Source: Auanema rhodensis
Taxonomy: Eukaryota; Animalia; Nematoda
DNA length: 64,000 nt
Reading direction: 5' to 3'
NCBI GenBank assembly: GCA_964057225.1
Contig: OZ059894.1
Span: 3,286,001-3,350,000, forward strand
Shown piece by piece: positions 40,301-54,259 of the stretch. The position numbers and the translations under genes are program-made. Below the pieces are notes generated by a model. The model saw only the letters and a program-made list of their open reading frames with translations, made no database searches and was not told the DNA's origin. How positions within the stretch are numbered: position 1 is the first letter of the stretch; the number at the start of each line of letters is the position of its first letter.

Positions 40301-43300
40301 TTTTTAGATTCCTTTTTTCAAGGCGAAGACGATGGACAATGTTATTCAGCGAAAAAATTAACTCTTCAGTGTGAAAATCGAGAAAAATGATGCATTACTG
40401 TATGTTGAGTTTCAATGTACACTCAACATTGCTTCCAAAAACATTTTGACAAAAATTTTCCCGAAAAATTTCAAAATAATTTCACGAAAAGTAGATGTTT
40501 TTAGATTCCCTTTTTCGAGGCAAAGATGATGGACAATGTTATTCAGCGAAAAAATAAACTCTTCAGGGTGAAAATCGAGGATATAAGTGTGAACATATAT
40601 CAGTTGATATCTCGGTGCATTTTTAAGCTAGCGCAAATCTGATAACACAGATCGACGCAGCTCAAAAATCCGCATTGAATGCACTATACTTCATTGAGAA
40701 AAGCTCAATACCAAAATTAGTTATGATCGTTTGAAAAATGATGCATTATTGTATGTTGAGTTTCCATGTACACTCAACATTGCTTCCAAAAACATTTTGA
40801 CAAAAATTTTCCCGGAGAATTTCAAAATAATTTCACGAAAAGTAGATGTTTTTAGATTCCTTTTTTCAAGGCAAAAACGATGGACAATGTTATTCAACGA
40901 AAAAAGTGAATCTTCAGGGTGAAAATCGAGGATATAAGTGTGAACATATATCAGTTGATATCTCGGTGCATTTTTAAGCTAGCGCAAATCTGATAACACA
41001 GATCGACGCAGCTCAAAAATCTACATCGAATGCACTATACTTCATTAAGAAATGCTCAATACCAAAATTAGTTATGATCGTTTGGAAAATGATGCATTAC
41101 TGTATGTTGAGTTTCAATGTACACTCAACATTGCTTCCAAAAACATTTTGACAAAAATTTTCCCGAAAAATTTCGAAATAATTTCACGAAAAGTATATGT
41201 TTTTAGATTCCTTTTTTCAAGGCGAAGACGATAGACAATGTTATTCAGCGAAAAAATTAACTCTCCAGGGTGAAAATAGAGGATATAAGTGTGAACCGAT
41301 AACAGTTGATATCTCGGTGCATTTTTAAGCTAGCGCAAATATGATAACATAGATCGACGCAGCTTAAAAATCCGCATTGAATGCACTATACTACATTGAG
41401 AAAAGCTTAATACAAAAATTAGTTATGATCGTTTGAAAAATGATGCATTACTGTATGTTGAGTTTCCATGTACACTCAACATTGCTTCCAAAAACATTTT
41501 GACAAAAATTTTCCCGAAAAATTTCTAGATAATTTCACAAAAAGTAGATGTTTTTAGATTCCTTTTTTCAAGGCGAAGACGACGGACAATGTTATTCAAC
41601 GTAAAAATTAGTTCTTTAGGGTGAAAATCGAGGATATAGGTGTGAACTTATATCAGTTGATATCTCGGTGCATTTTTAAGCTAGCGCAAATCTGATAACA
41701 CAGATCGACGCAGCCTAAAAATCCGCATCGAATGCACTATACTACATTGAGAAACGCTTAATATAAAAATTAGTTATGATCGTTTGAAAAATGATGCATT
41801 AGTGTATGTTGAGTTTCCATGTACACTCAACATTGCTTCCAAAAACATTTTGACAAAAATTTTTTCGAAAAATTTCAAAATAGTTTAGCAAAAAGTAGAT
41901 GTTTTTAGATTCCTTTTTTCAAGGCAAAAACGATGGACAATGTTATTCAACGAAAAAAGTAAATCTTCAGGGTGAAAATCGAGGATACAAGTGTGAACAT
42001 ATATCAGTTGATTTCTCGGTGCATTTTTAAGCTAGCGCAAATATGATAACATAGATCGACGCAGCTTAAAAATCCGCATTGAATGCACTATACTATATTG
42101 AGAAAAGCTTAATACAAAAATTAGTTATGATCGTTTGAAAAATGATGCATTACTGTATGTTGAGTTTCAATGTACACTCAACATTGCTTCCAAAAACATT
42201 TTGACAAAAATTTTCCCGGAAAATTTCAAAATAATTTCACGAAAAGTAGATGTTTTTAGATTCCTTTTTTCAAGGCGAAGACGATGGACAATGTTATTCA
42301 GCGAAAAAATTAACTCTTCAGTGTGAAAATCGAGAAAAATGATGCATTACTGTATGTTGAGTTTCAATGTACACTCAACATTGCTTCCAAAAACATTTTG
42401 ACAAAAATTTTCCCGAAAAATTTCAAAATAATTTCACGAAAAGTAGATGTTTTTAGATTCCCTTTTTCGAGGCGAAGATGATGGACAATGTTATTCAGCG
42501 AAAAAATAAACTCTTCAGGGTGAAAATCGAGGATATAAGTGTGAACATATATCAGTTGATATCTCGGTGCATTTTTAAGCTAGCGCAAATCTGATAACAC
42601 AGATCGACGCAGCTCAAAAATCCGCATTGAATGCACTATACTTCATTGAGAAAAGCTCAATACCAAAATTAGTTATGATCGTTTGAAAAATGATGCATTA
42701 TTGTATGTTGAGTTTCCATGTACACTCAACATTGCTTCCAAAAACATTTTGACAAAAATTTTCCCGGAAAATTTCAAAATAATTTCACGAAAAGTAGATG
42801 TTTTTAGATTCCTTTTTTCAAGGCAAAAACGATGGACAATGTTATTCAACGAAAAAAGTAAATCTTCAGGGTGAAAATCGAGGATATAAGTGTGAACATA
42901 TATCAGTTGATATCTCGGTGCATTTTTAAGCTAGCGCAAATCTGATAACACAGATCGACGCAGCTCAAAAATCTACATCGAATGCACTATACTTCATTAA
43001 GAAATGCTCAATACCAAAATTAGTTATGATCGTTTGGAAAATGATGCATTACTGTATGTTGAGTTTCAATGTACACTCAACATTGCTTCCAAAAACATTT
43101 TGACAAAAATTTTCCCGAAAAATTTCGAAATAATTTCACGAAAAGTATATGTTTTTAGATTCCTTTTTTCAAGGCGAAGACGATAGACAATGTTATTCAG
43201 CGAAAAAATTAACTCTCCATTGTGAAAATAGAGGATATAAGTGTGAACCGATAACAGTTGATATCTCGGTGCATTTTTAAGCTAGCGCAAATATGATAAC

Positions 43301-46300
43301 ATAGATCGACGCAGCTTAAAAATCCGCATTGAATGCACTATACTACATTGAGAAAAGCTTAATACAAAAATTAGTTATGATCGTTTGAAAAATGATGCAT
43401 TACTGTATGTTGAGTTTCCATGTACACTCAACATTGCTTCCAAAAACATTTTGACAAAAATTTTCCCGAAAAATTTCTAGATAATTTCACAAAAAGTAGA
43501 TGTTTTTAGATTCCTTTTTTCAAGGCGAAGACGACGGACAATGTTATTCAACGTAAAAATTAGTTCTTTAGGGTGAAAATCGAGGATATAGGTGTGAACT
43601 TATATCAGTTGATATCTCGGTGCATTTTTAAGCTAGCGCAAATCTGATAACACAGATCGACGCAGCCTAAAAATCCGCATCGAATGCACTATACTACATT
43701 GAGAAACGCTTAATATAAAAATTAGTTATGATCGTTTGAAAAATGATGCATTAGTGTATGTTGAGTTTCCATGTACACTCAACATTGCTTCCAAAAACAT
43801 TTTGACAAAAATTTTTTCGAAAAATTTCAAAATAGTTTAGCAAAAAGTAGATGTTTTTAGATTCCTTTTTTCAAGGCAAAAACGATGGACAATGTTATTC
43901 AACGAAAAAAGTAAATCTTCAGGGTGAAAATCGAGGATACAAGTGTGAACATATATCAGTTGATTTCTCGGTGCATTTTTAAGCTAGCGCAAATATGATA
44001 ACATAGATCGACGCAGCTTAAAAATCCGCATTGAATGCACTATACTATATTGAGAAAAGCTTAATACAAAAATTAGTTATGATCGTTTGAAAAATGATGC
44101 ATTACTGTATGTTGAGTTTCAATGTACACTCAACATTGCTTCCAAAAACATTTTGACAAAAATTTTCCCGGAAAATTTCAAAATAATTTCACGAAAAGTA
44201 GATGTTTTTAGATTCCTTTTTTCAAGGCGAAGACGATGGACAATGTTATTCAGCGAAAAAATTAACTCTTCAGTGTGAAAATCGAGAAAAATGATGCATT
44301 ACTGTATGTTGAGTTTCAATGTACACTCAACATTGCTTCCAAAAACATTTTGACAAAAATTTTCCCGAAAAATTTCAAAATAATTTCACGAAAAGTAGAT
44401 GTTTTTAGATTCCCTTTTTCGAGGCAAAGATGATGGACAATGTTATTCAGCGAAAAAATAAACTCTTCAGGGTGAAAATCGAGGATATAAGTGTGAACAT
44501 ATATCAGTTGATATCTCGGTGCATTTTTAAGCTAGCGCAAATCTGATAACACAGATCGACGCAGCTCAAAAATCCGCATTGAATGCACTATACTTCATTG
44601 AGAAAAGCTCAATACCAAAATTAGTTATGATCGTTTGAAAAATGATGCATTATTGTATGTTGAGTTTCCATGTACACTCAACATTGCTTCCAAAAACATT
44701 TTGACAAAAATTTTCCCGGAGAATTTCAAAATAATTTCACGAAAAGTAGATGTTTTTAGATTCCTTTTTTCAAGGCAAAAACGATGGACAATGTTATTCA
44801 ACGAAAAAAGTAAATCTTCAGGGTGAAAATCGAGGATATAAGTGTGAACATATATCAGTTGATATCTCGGTGCATTTTTAAGCTAGCGCAAATCTGATAA
44901 CACAGATCGACGCAGCTCAAAAATCTACATCGAATGCACTATACTTCATTAAGAAATGCTCAATACCAAAATTAGTTATGATCGTTTGGAAAATGATGCA
45001 TTACTGTATGTTGAGTTTCAATGTACACTCAACATTGCTTCCAAAAACATTTTGACAAAAATTTTCCCGAAAAATTTCGAAATAATTTCACGAAAAGTAT
45101 ATGTTTTTAGATTCCTTTTTTCAAGGCGAAGACGATAGACAATGTTATTCAGCGAAAAAATTAACTCTCCAGGGTGAAAATAGAGGATATAAGTGTGAAC
45201 CGATAACAGTTGATATCTCGGTGCATTTTTAAGCTAGCGCAAATATGATAACATAGATCGACGCAGCTTAAAAATCCGCATTGAATGCACTATACTACAT
45301 TGAGAAAAGCTTAATACAAAAATTAGTTATGATCGTTTGAAAAATGATGCATTACTGTATGTTGAGTTTCCATGTACACTCAACATTGCTTCCAAAAACA
45401 TTTTGACAAAAATTTTCCCGAAAAATTTCTAGATAATTTCACAAAAAGTAGATGTTTTTAGATTCCTTTTTTCAAGGCGAAGACGACGGACAATGTTATT
45501 CAACGTAAAAATTAGTTCTTTAGGGTGAAAATCGAGGATATAGGTGTGAACTTATATCAGTTGATATCTCGGTGCATTTTTAAGCTAGCGCAAATCTGAT
45601 AACACAGATCGACGCAGCCTAAAAATCCGCATCGAATGCACTATACTACATTGAGAAACGCTTAATATAAAAATTAGTTATGATCGTTTGAAAAATGATG
45701 CATTAGTGTATGTTGAGTTTCCATGTACACTCAACATTGCTTCCAAAAACATTTTGACAAAAATTTTTTCGAAAAATTTCAAAATAGTTTAGCAAAAAGT
45801 AGATATTTTTAGATTCCTTTTTTCAAGGCAAAAACGATGGACAATGTTATTCAACGAAAAAAGTAAATCTTCAGGGTGAAAATCGAGGATACAAGTGTGA
45901 ACATATATCAGTTGATTTCTCGGTGCATTTTTAAGCTAGCGCAAATATGATAACATAGATCGACGCAGCTTAAAAATCCGCATTGAATGCACTATACTAT
46001 ATTGAGAAAAGCTTAATACAAAAATTAGTTATGATCGTTTGAAAAATGATGCATTACTGTATGTTGAGTTTCAATGTACACTCAACATTGCTTCCAAAAA
46101 CATTTTGACAAAAATTTTCCCGGAAAATTTCAAAATAATTTCACGAAAAGTAGATGTTTTTAGATTCCTTTTTTCAAGGCGAAGACGATGGACAATGTTA
46201 TTCAGCGAAAAAATTAACTCTTCAGTGTGAAAATCGAGAAAAATGATGCATTACTGTATGTTGAGTTTCCATGTACACTCAACATTGCTTCCAAAAACAT

Positions 46301-48550
46301 TTTGACAAAAATTTTTTCGAAAAATTTCAAAATAGTTTAGCAAAAAGTAGATGTTTTTAGATTCCTTTTTTCAAGGCAAAAACGATGGACAATGTTATTC
46401 AACGAAAAAAGTAAATCTTCAGGGTGAAAATCGAGGATACAAGTGTGAACATATATCAGTTGATTTCTCGGTGCATTTTTAAGCTAGCGCAAATATGATA
46501 ACATAGATCGACGCAGCTTAAAAATCCGCATTGAATGCACTATACTATATTGAGAAAAGCTTAATACAAAAATTAGTTATGATCGTTTGAAAAATGATGC
46601 ATTACTGTATGTTGAGTTTCAATGTACACTCAACATTGCTTCCAAAAACATTTTGACAAAAATTTTCCCGGAAAATTTCAAAATAATTTCACGAAAAGTA
46701 GATGTTTTTAGATTCCTTTTTTCAAGGCGAAGACGATGGACAATGTTATTCAGCGAAAAAATTAACTCTTCAGTGTGAAAATCGAGAAAAATGATGCATT
46801 ACTGTATGTTGAGTTTCAATGTACACTCAACATTGCTTCCAAAAACATTTTGACAAAAATTTTCCCGAAAAATTTCAAAATAATTTCACGAAAAGTAGAT
46901 GTTTTTAGATTCCCTTTTTCGAGGCAAAGATGATGGACAATGTTATTCAGCGAAAAAATAAACTCTTCAGGGTGAAAATCGAGGATATAAGTGTGAACAT
47001 ATATCAGTTGATATCTCGGTGCATTTTTAAGCTAGCGCAAATCTGATAACACAGATCGACGCAGCTCAAAAATCCGCATTGAATGCACTATACTTCATTG
47101 AGAAAAGCTCAATACCAAAATTAGTTATGATCGTTTGAAAAATGATGCATTATTGTATGTTGAGTTTCCATGTACACTCAACATTGCTTCCAAAAACATT
47201 TTGACAAAAATTTTCCCGGAGAATTTCAAAATAATTTCACGAAAAGTAGATGTTTTTAGATTCCTTTTTTCAAGGCAAAAACGATGGACAATGTTATTCA
47301 ACGAAAAAAGTAAATCTTCAGGGTGAAAATCGAGGATATAAGTGTGAACATATATCAGTTGATATCTCGGTGCATTTTTAAGCTAGCGCAAATCTGATAA
47401 CACAGATCGACGCAGCTCAAAAATCTACATCGAATGCACTATACTTCATTAAGAAATGCTCAATACCAAAATTAGTTATGATCGTTTGGAAAATGATGCA
47501 TTACTGTATGTTGAGTTTCAATGTACACTCAACATTGCTTCCAAAAACATTTTGACAAAAATTTTCCCGAAAAATTTCGAAATAATTTCACGAAAAGTAT
47601 ATGTTTTTAGATTCCTTTTTTCAAGGCGAAGACGATAGACAATGTTATTCAGCGAAAAAATTAACTCTCCAGGGTGAAAATAGAGGATATAAGTGTGAAC
47701 CGATAACAGTTGATATCTCGGTGCATTTTTAAGCTAGCGCAAATATGATAACATAGATCGACGCAGCTTAAAAATCCGCATTGAATGCACTATACTACAT
47801 TGAGAAAAGCTTAATACAAAAATTAGTTATGATCGTTTGAAAAATGATGCATTACTGTATGTTGAGTTTCCATGTACACTCAACATTGCTTCCAAAAACA
47901 TTTTGACAAAAATTTTCCCGAAAAATTTCTAGATAATTTCACAAAAAGTAGATGTTTTTAGATTCCTTTTTTCAAGGCGAAGACGACGGACAATGTTATT
48001 CAACGTAAAAATTAGTTCTTTAGGGTGAAAATCGAGGATATAGGTGTGAACTTATATCAGTTGATATCTCGGTGCATTTTTAAGCTAGCGCAAATCTGAT
48101 AACACAGATCGACGCAGCCTAAAAATCCGCATCGAATGCACTATACTACATTGAGAAACGCTTAATATAAAAATTAGTTATGATCGTTTGAAAAATGATG
48201 CATTAGTGTATGTTGAGTTTCCATGTACACTCAACATTGCTTCCAAAAACATTTTGACAAAAATTTTTTCGAAAAATTTCAAAATAGTTTAGCAAAAAGT
48301 AGATGTTTTTAGATTCCTTTTTTCAAGGCAAAAACGATGGACAATGTTATTCAACGAAAAAAGTAAATCTTCAGGGTGAAAATCGAGGATACAAGTGTGA
48401 ACATATATCAGTTGATTTCTCGGTGCATTTTTAAGCTAGCGCAAATATGATAACATAGATCGACGCAGCTTAAAAATCCGCATTGAATGCACTATACTAT
48501 ATTGAGAAAAGCTTAATACAAAAATTAGTTATGATCGTTTGAAAAATGAT
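37400..48550. repeat. HOR domain C: 1952-bp 6-mer (5 long + 1 short) with one 1601-bp and one 2500-bp variant unit
   Basis: ORF variant recurs at 37499, 39451, 41052, 43004, 44956 and 47456. Markers AAATAGAGG, CCGATAACAG, GTTGATTTCTCGG and CTATATTGAG. Confidence 0.92.
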
Positions 48551-49449
48551 GCATTATTGTATGTTGAGTTTCCATGTACACTCAACATTGCTTCCAAAAA
48601 CATTTTGACAAAAATTTTCCCGGAAAATTTCAGAATAATTTCACGAAAAGTAGATGTTTTTAGATTTCTTTTTTCGAGGCGAAGATGATGGACAATGTTA
48701 TTCAGCGAAAAAATAAACTCTTCAGGGTGAAAATCGAGGATATAAGTGTGAACATATATCAGTTGATATCTCGGTGCATTTTTAAGCTAGCGCAAATCTG
48801 ATAACACAGATCGACGCAGCTCAAAAATCTACATCGAATGCACTATACTTCATTAAGAAATGCTCAATACAAAAATTAGTTATGATCGTTTGGAAAATGA
48901 TGCATTACTGTATGTTGAGTTTCAATGTACACTCAACATTGCTTCCAAAAACATTTTGACAAAAATTTTCCCGAAAAATTTCAAAATAATTTCACGAAAA
49001 GTAGATGTTTTTAGATTCCTTTTTTCAAGGCGAAGACGATGGACAATGTTATTCAGCGAAAAAATTAACTCTTCAGTGTGAAAATCGAGAAAAATGATGC
49101 ATTACTGTATGTTGAGTTTCAATGTACACTCAACATTGCTTCCAAAAACATTTTGACAAAAATTTTCCCGAAAAATTTCAAAATAATTTCACGAAAAGTA
49201 GATGTTTTTAGATTCCCTTTTTCGAGGCGAAGATGATGGACAATGTTATTCAGCGAAAAAATAAACTCTTCAGGGTGAAAATCGAGGATATAAGTGTGAA
49301 CATATATCAGTTGATATCTCGGTGCATTTTTAAGCTAGCGCAAATCTGATAACACAGATCGACGCAGCTCAAAAATCCGCATTGAATGCACTATACTTCA
49401 TTGAGAAAAGCTCAATACCAAAATTAGTTATGATCGTTTGAAAAATGAT

Positions 49450-52400
49450 GCATTATTGTATGTTGAGTTTCCATGTACACTCAACATTGCTTCCAAAAAC
49501 ATTTTGACAAAAATTTTCCCGGAAAATTTCAAAATAATTTCACGAAAAGTAGATGTTTTTAGATTCCTTTTTTCAAGGCAAAAACGATGGACAATGTTAT
49601 TCAACAAAAAAAGTAAATCTTCAGGGTGAAAATCGAGGATATAAGTGTGAACATATATCAGTTGATATCTCGGTGCATTTTTAAGCTAGCGCAAATCTGA
49701 TAACACAGATGGACGCAGCTCAAAAATCTACATCGAATGCACTATACTTCATTAAGAAATGCTCAATACAAAAATTAGTTATGATCGTTTGAAAAATGAT
49801 GCATTATTGTATGTTGAGTTTCCATGTACACTCAACATTGCTTCCAAAAACATTTTGACAAAAATTTTCCCGGAAAATTTCAGAATAATTTCACGAAAAG
49901 TAGATGTTTTTAGATTTCTTTTTTCGAGGCGAAGATGATGGACAATGTTATTCAGCGAAAAAATAAACTCTTCAGGGTGAAAATCGAGGATATAAGTGTG
50001 AACATATATCAGTTGATATCTCGGTGCATTTTTAAGCTAGCGCAAATCTGATAACACAGATCGACGCAGCTCAAAAATCTACATCGAATGCACTATACTT
50101 CATTAAGAAATGCTCAATACCAAAATTAGTTATGATCGTTTGAAAAATGATGCATTACTGTATGTTGAGTTTCAATGTACACTCAACATTGCTTCCAAAA
50201 ACATTTTGACAAAAATTTTCCCGAAAAATTTCAAAATAATTTCACGAAAAGTAGATGTTTTTAGATTCCCTTTTTCGAGGCGAAGATGATGGACAATGTT
50301 ATTCAGCGAAAAAATTAACTCTTCAGTGTGAAAATCGAGGATATAAGTGTGAACATATATCAGTTGATATCTCGGTGCATTTTTAAGCTAGCGCAAATCT
50401 GATAACACAGATCGACGCAGCTCAAAAATCTACATCGAATGCACTATACTTCATTAAGAAATGCTCAATACCAAAATTAGTTATGATCGTTTGGAAAATG
50501 ATGCATTACTGTATGTTGAGTTTCAATGTACACTCAACATTGCTTTCAAAAACATTTTGACAAAAATTTTCCCGAAAAATTTCGAAATAATTTCACGAAA
50601 AGTGGATGTTTTTAGATTCCTTTTTTCAAGGCAAAGACGATGGACAATGTTATTCAACGAAAAAATTAATTCTTCAGGGTGAAAATCGAGGATATAAGTG
50701 TGAACTTATATCAGTTGATATCTCGGTGCATTTTTAAGCTAGCGCAAATATGATAACATAGATCGACGCAGCTTAAAAATCCGCATTGAATGCACTATAC
50801 TACATTGAGAAAAGCTTAATACAAAAATTAGTTATGATCGTTTGAAAAATGATGCATTACTGTATGTTGAGTTTCCATGTACACTCAACATTGCTTCCAA
50901 AAACATTTTGACAAAAATTTTCCCGAAAAATTTCAAAATAATTTCACGAAAAGTAGATGTTTTTAGATTCCTTTTTTCAAGGCGAAGACGATGGACAATG
51001 TTATTCAGCGAAAAAATTAACTCTTCAGTGTGAAAATCGAGAAAAATGATGCATTACTGTATGTTGAGTTTCAATGTACACTCAACATTGCTTCCAAAAA
51101 CATTTTGACAAAAATTTTCCCGAAAAATTTCAGAATAATTTCACGAAAAGTAGATGTTTTTAGATTTCTTTTTTCGAGGCGAAGATGATGGACAATGTTA
51201 TTCAGCGAAAAAATAAACTCTTCAGGGTGAAAATCGAGGATATAAGTGTGAACATATATCAGTTGATATCTCGGTGCATTTTTAAGCTAGCGCAAATCTG
51301 ATAACACAGATCGACGCAGCTCAAAAATCTACATCGAATGCACTATACTTCATTAAGAAATGCTCAATACCAAAATTAGTTATGATCGTTTGGAAAATGA
51401 TGCATTACTGTATGTTGAGTTTCAATGTACACTCAACATTGCTTTCAAAAACATTTTGACAAAAATTTTCCCGAAAAATTTCGAAATAATTTCACGAAAA
51501 GTAGATGTTTTTAGACTCCTTTTTTCAAGGCAAAGACGATGGACAATGTTATTCAACGAAAAAATTAATTCTTCAGGGTGAAAATCGAGGATATAAGTGT
51601 GAACTTATATCAGTTGATATCTCGGTGCATTTTTAAGCTAGCGCAAATCTGATAACACAGATCGACGCAGCCTAAAAATCCGCATCGAATGCACTATACT
51701 ACATTGAGAAACGCTTAATATAAAAATTAGTTATGATCGTTTGAAAAATGATGCATTAGTGTATGTTGAGTTTCCATGTACACTCAACATTGCTTCCAAA
51801 AACATTTTGACAAAAATTTTCCCGGAAAATTTCAAAATAATTTCACGAAAAGTAGATGTTTTTAGATTCCTTTTTTCAAGGCAAAAACGATGGACAATGT
51901 TATTCAACAAAAAAAGTAAATCTTCAGGGTGAAAATCGAGGATATAAGTGTGAACATATATCAGTTGATATCTCGGTGCATTTTTAAGCTAGCGCAAATC
52001 TGATAACACAGATGGACGCAGCTCAAAAATCTACATCGAATGCACTATACTTCATTAAGAAATGCTCAATACAAAAATTAGTTATGATCGTTTGAAAAAT
52101 GATGCATTATTGTATGTTGAGTTTCCATGTACACTCAACATTGCTTCCAAAAACATTTTGACAAAAATTTTCCCGGAAAATTTCAGAATAATTTCACGAA
52201 AAGTAGATGTTTTTAGATTTCTTTTTTCGAGGCGAAGATGATGGACAATGTTATTCAGCGAAAAAATAAACTCTTCAGGGTGAAAATCGAGGATATAAGT
52301 GTGAACATATATCAGTTGATATCTCGGTGCATTTTTAAGCTAGCGCAAATCTGATAACACAGATCGACGCAGCTCAAAAATCTACATCGAATGCACTATA

Positions 52401-54000
52401 CTTCATTAAGAAATGCTCAATACCAAAATTAGTTATGATCGTTTGAAAAATGATGCATTACTGTATGTTGAGTTTCAATGTACACTCAACATTGCTTCCA
52501 AAAACATTTTGACAAAAATTTTCCCGAAAAATTTCAAAATAATTTCACGAAAAGTAGATGTTTTTAGATTCCCTTTTTCGAGGCGAAGATGATGGACAAT
52601 GTTATTCAGCGAAAAAATTAACTCTTCAGTGTGAAAATCGAGGATATAAGTGTGAACATATATCAGTTGATATCTCGGTGCATTTTTAAGCTAGCGCAAA
52701 TCTGATAACACAGATCGACGCAGCTCAAAAATCTACATCGAATGCACTATACTTCATTAAGAAATGCTCAATACCAAAATTAGTTATGATCGTTTGGAAA
52801 ATGATGCATTACTGTATGTTGAGTTTCAATGTACACTCAACATTGCTTTCAAAAACATTTTGACAAAAATTTTCCCGAAAAATTTCGAAATAATTTCACG
52901 AAAAGTGGATGTTTTTAGATTCCTTTTTTCAAGGCAAAGACGATGGACAATGTTATTCAACGAAAAAATTAATTCTTCAGGGTGAAAATCGAGGATATAA
53001 GTGTGAACTTATATCAGTTGATATCTCGGTGCATTTTTAAGCTAGCGCAAATATGATAACATAGATCGACGCAGCTTAAAAATCCGCATTGAATGCACTA
53101 TACTACATTGAGAAAAGCTTAATACAAAAATTAGTTATGATCGTTTGAAAAATGATGCATTACTGTATGTTGAGTTTCCATGTACACTCAACATTGCTTC
53201 CAAAAACATTTTGACAAAAATTTTCCCGAAAAATTTCAAAATAATTTCACGAAAAGTAGATGTTTTTAGATTCCTTTTTTCAAGGCGAAGACGATGGACA
53301 ATGTTATTCAGCGAAAAAATTAACTCTTCAGTGTGAAAATCGAGAAAAATGATGCATTACTGTATGTTGAGTTTCAATGTACACTCAACATTGCTTCCAA
53401 AAACATTTTGACAAAAATTTTCCCGAAAAATTTCAGAATAATTTCACGAAAAGTAGATGTTTTTAGATTTCTTTTTTCGAGGCGAAGATGATGGACAATG
53501 TTATTCAGCGAAAAAATAAACTCTTCAGGGTGAAAATCGAGGATATAAGTGTGAACATATATCAGTTGATATCTCGGTGCATTTTTAAGCTAGCGCAAAT
53601 CTGATAACACAGATCGACGCAGCTCAAAAATCTACATCGAATGCACTATACTTCATTAAGAAATGCTCAATACCAAAATTAGTTATGATCGTTTGGAAAA
53701 TGATGCATTACTGTATGTTGAGTTTCAATGTACACTCAACATTGCTTTCAAAAACATTTTGACAAAAATTTTCCCGAAAAATTTCGAAATAATTTCACGA
53801 AAAGTAGATGTTTTTAGACTCCTTTTTTCAAGGCAAAGACGATGGACAATGTTATTCAACGAAAAAATTAATTCTTCAGGGTGAAAATCGAGGATATAAG
53901 TGTGAACTTATATCAGTTGATATCTCGGTGCATTTTTAAGCTAGCGCAAATATGATAACATAGATCGACGCAGCTTAAAAATCCGCATTGAATGCACTAT
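49450..54000. repeat. HOR domain D: ~2 copies of a 2303-bp 7-mer (6 long + 1 short)
   Basis: ORF pairs 50461/52764, 50842/53145 and 51360/53663 (+2303). Private markers GATGGACGCAGC and TTAGACTCC each occur twice. Confidence 0.88.
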
Positions 54001-54259
54001 ACTACATTGAGAAAAGCTTAATACAAAAATTAGTTATGATCGTTTGAAAAATGATGCATTAGTGTATGTTGAGTTTCCATTTACACTCAACATTGCTTCC
54101 AAAAACATTTTGATAAAAATTTTTTCGAAAAATTTCAAAATAGTTTAGCAAAAAGTAGATGTTTTTAGATTCCTTTTTTCAAGGCAAAAACGATGGACAA
54201 TGTTATTCAACGAAAAAAGTAAATCTTCAGGGTGAAAATCGAGGATACAAGTGTGAACA

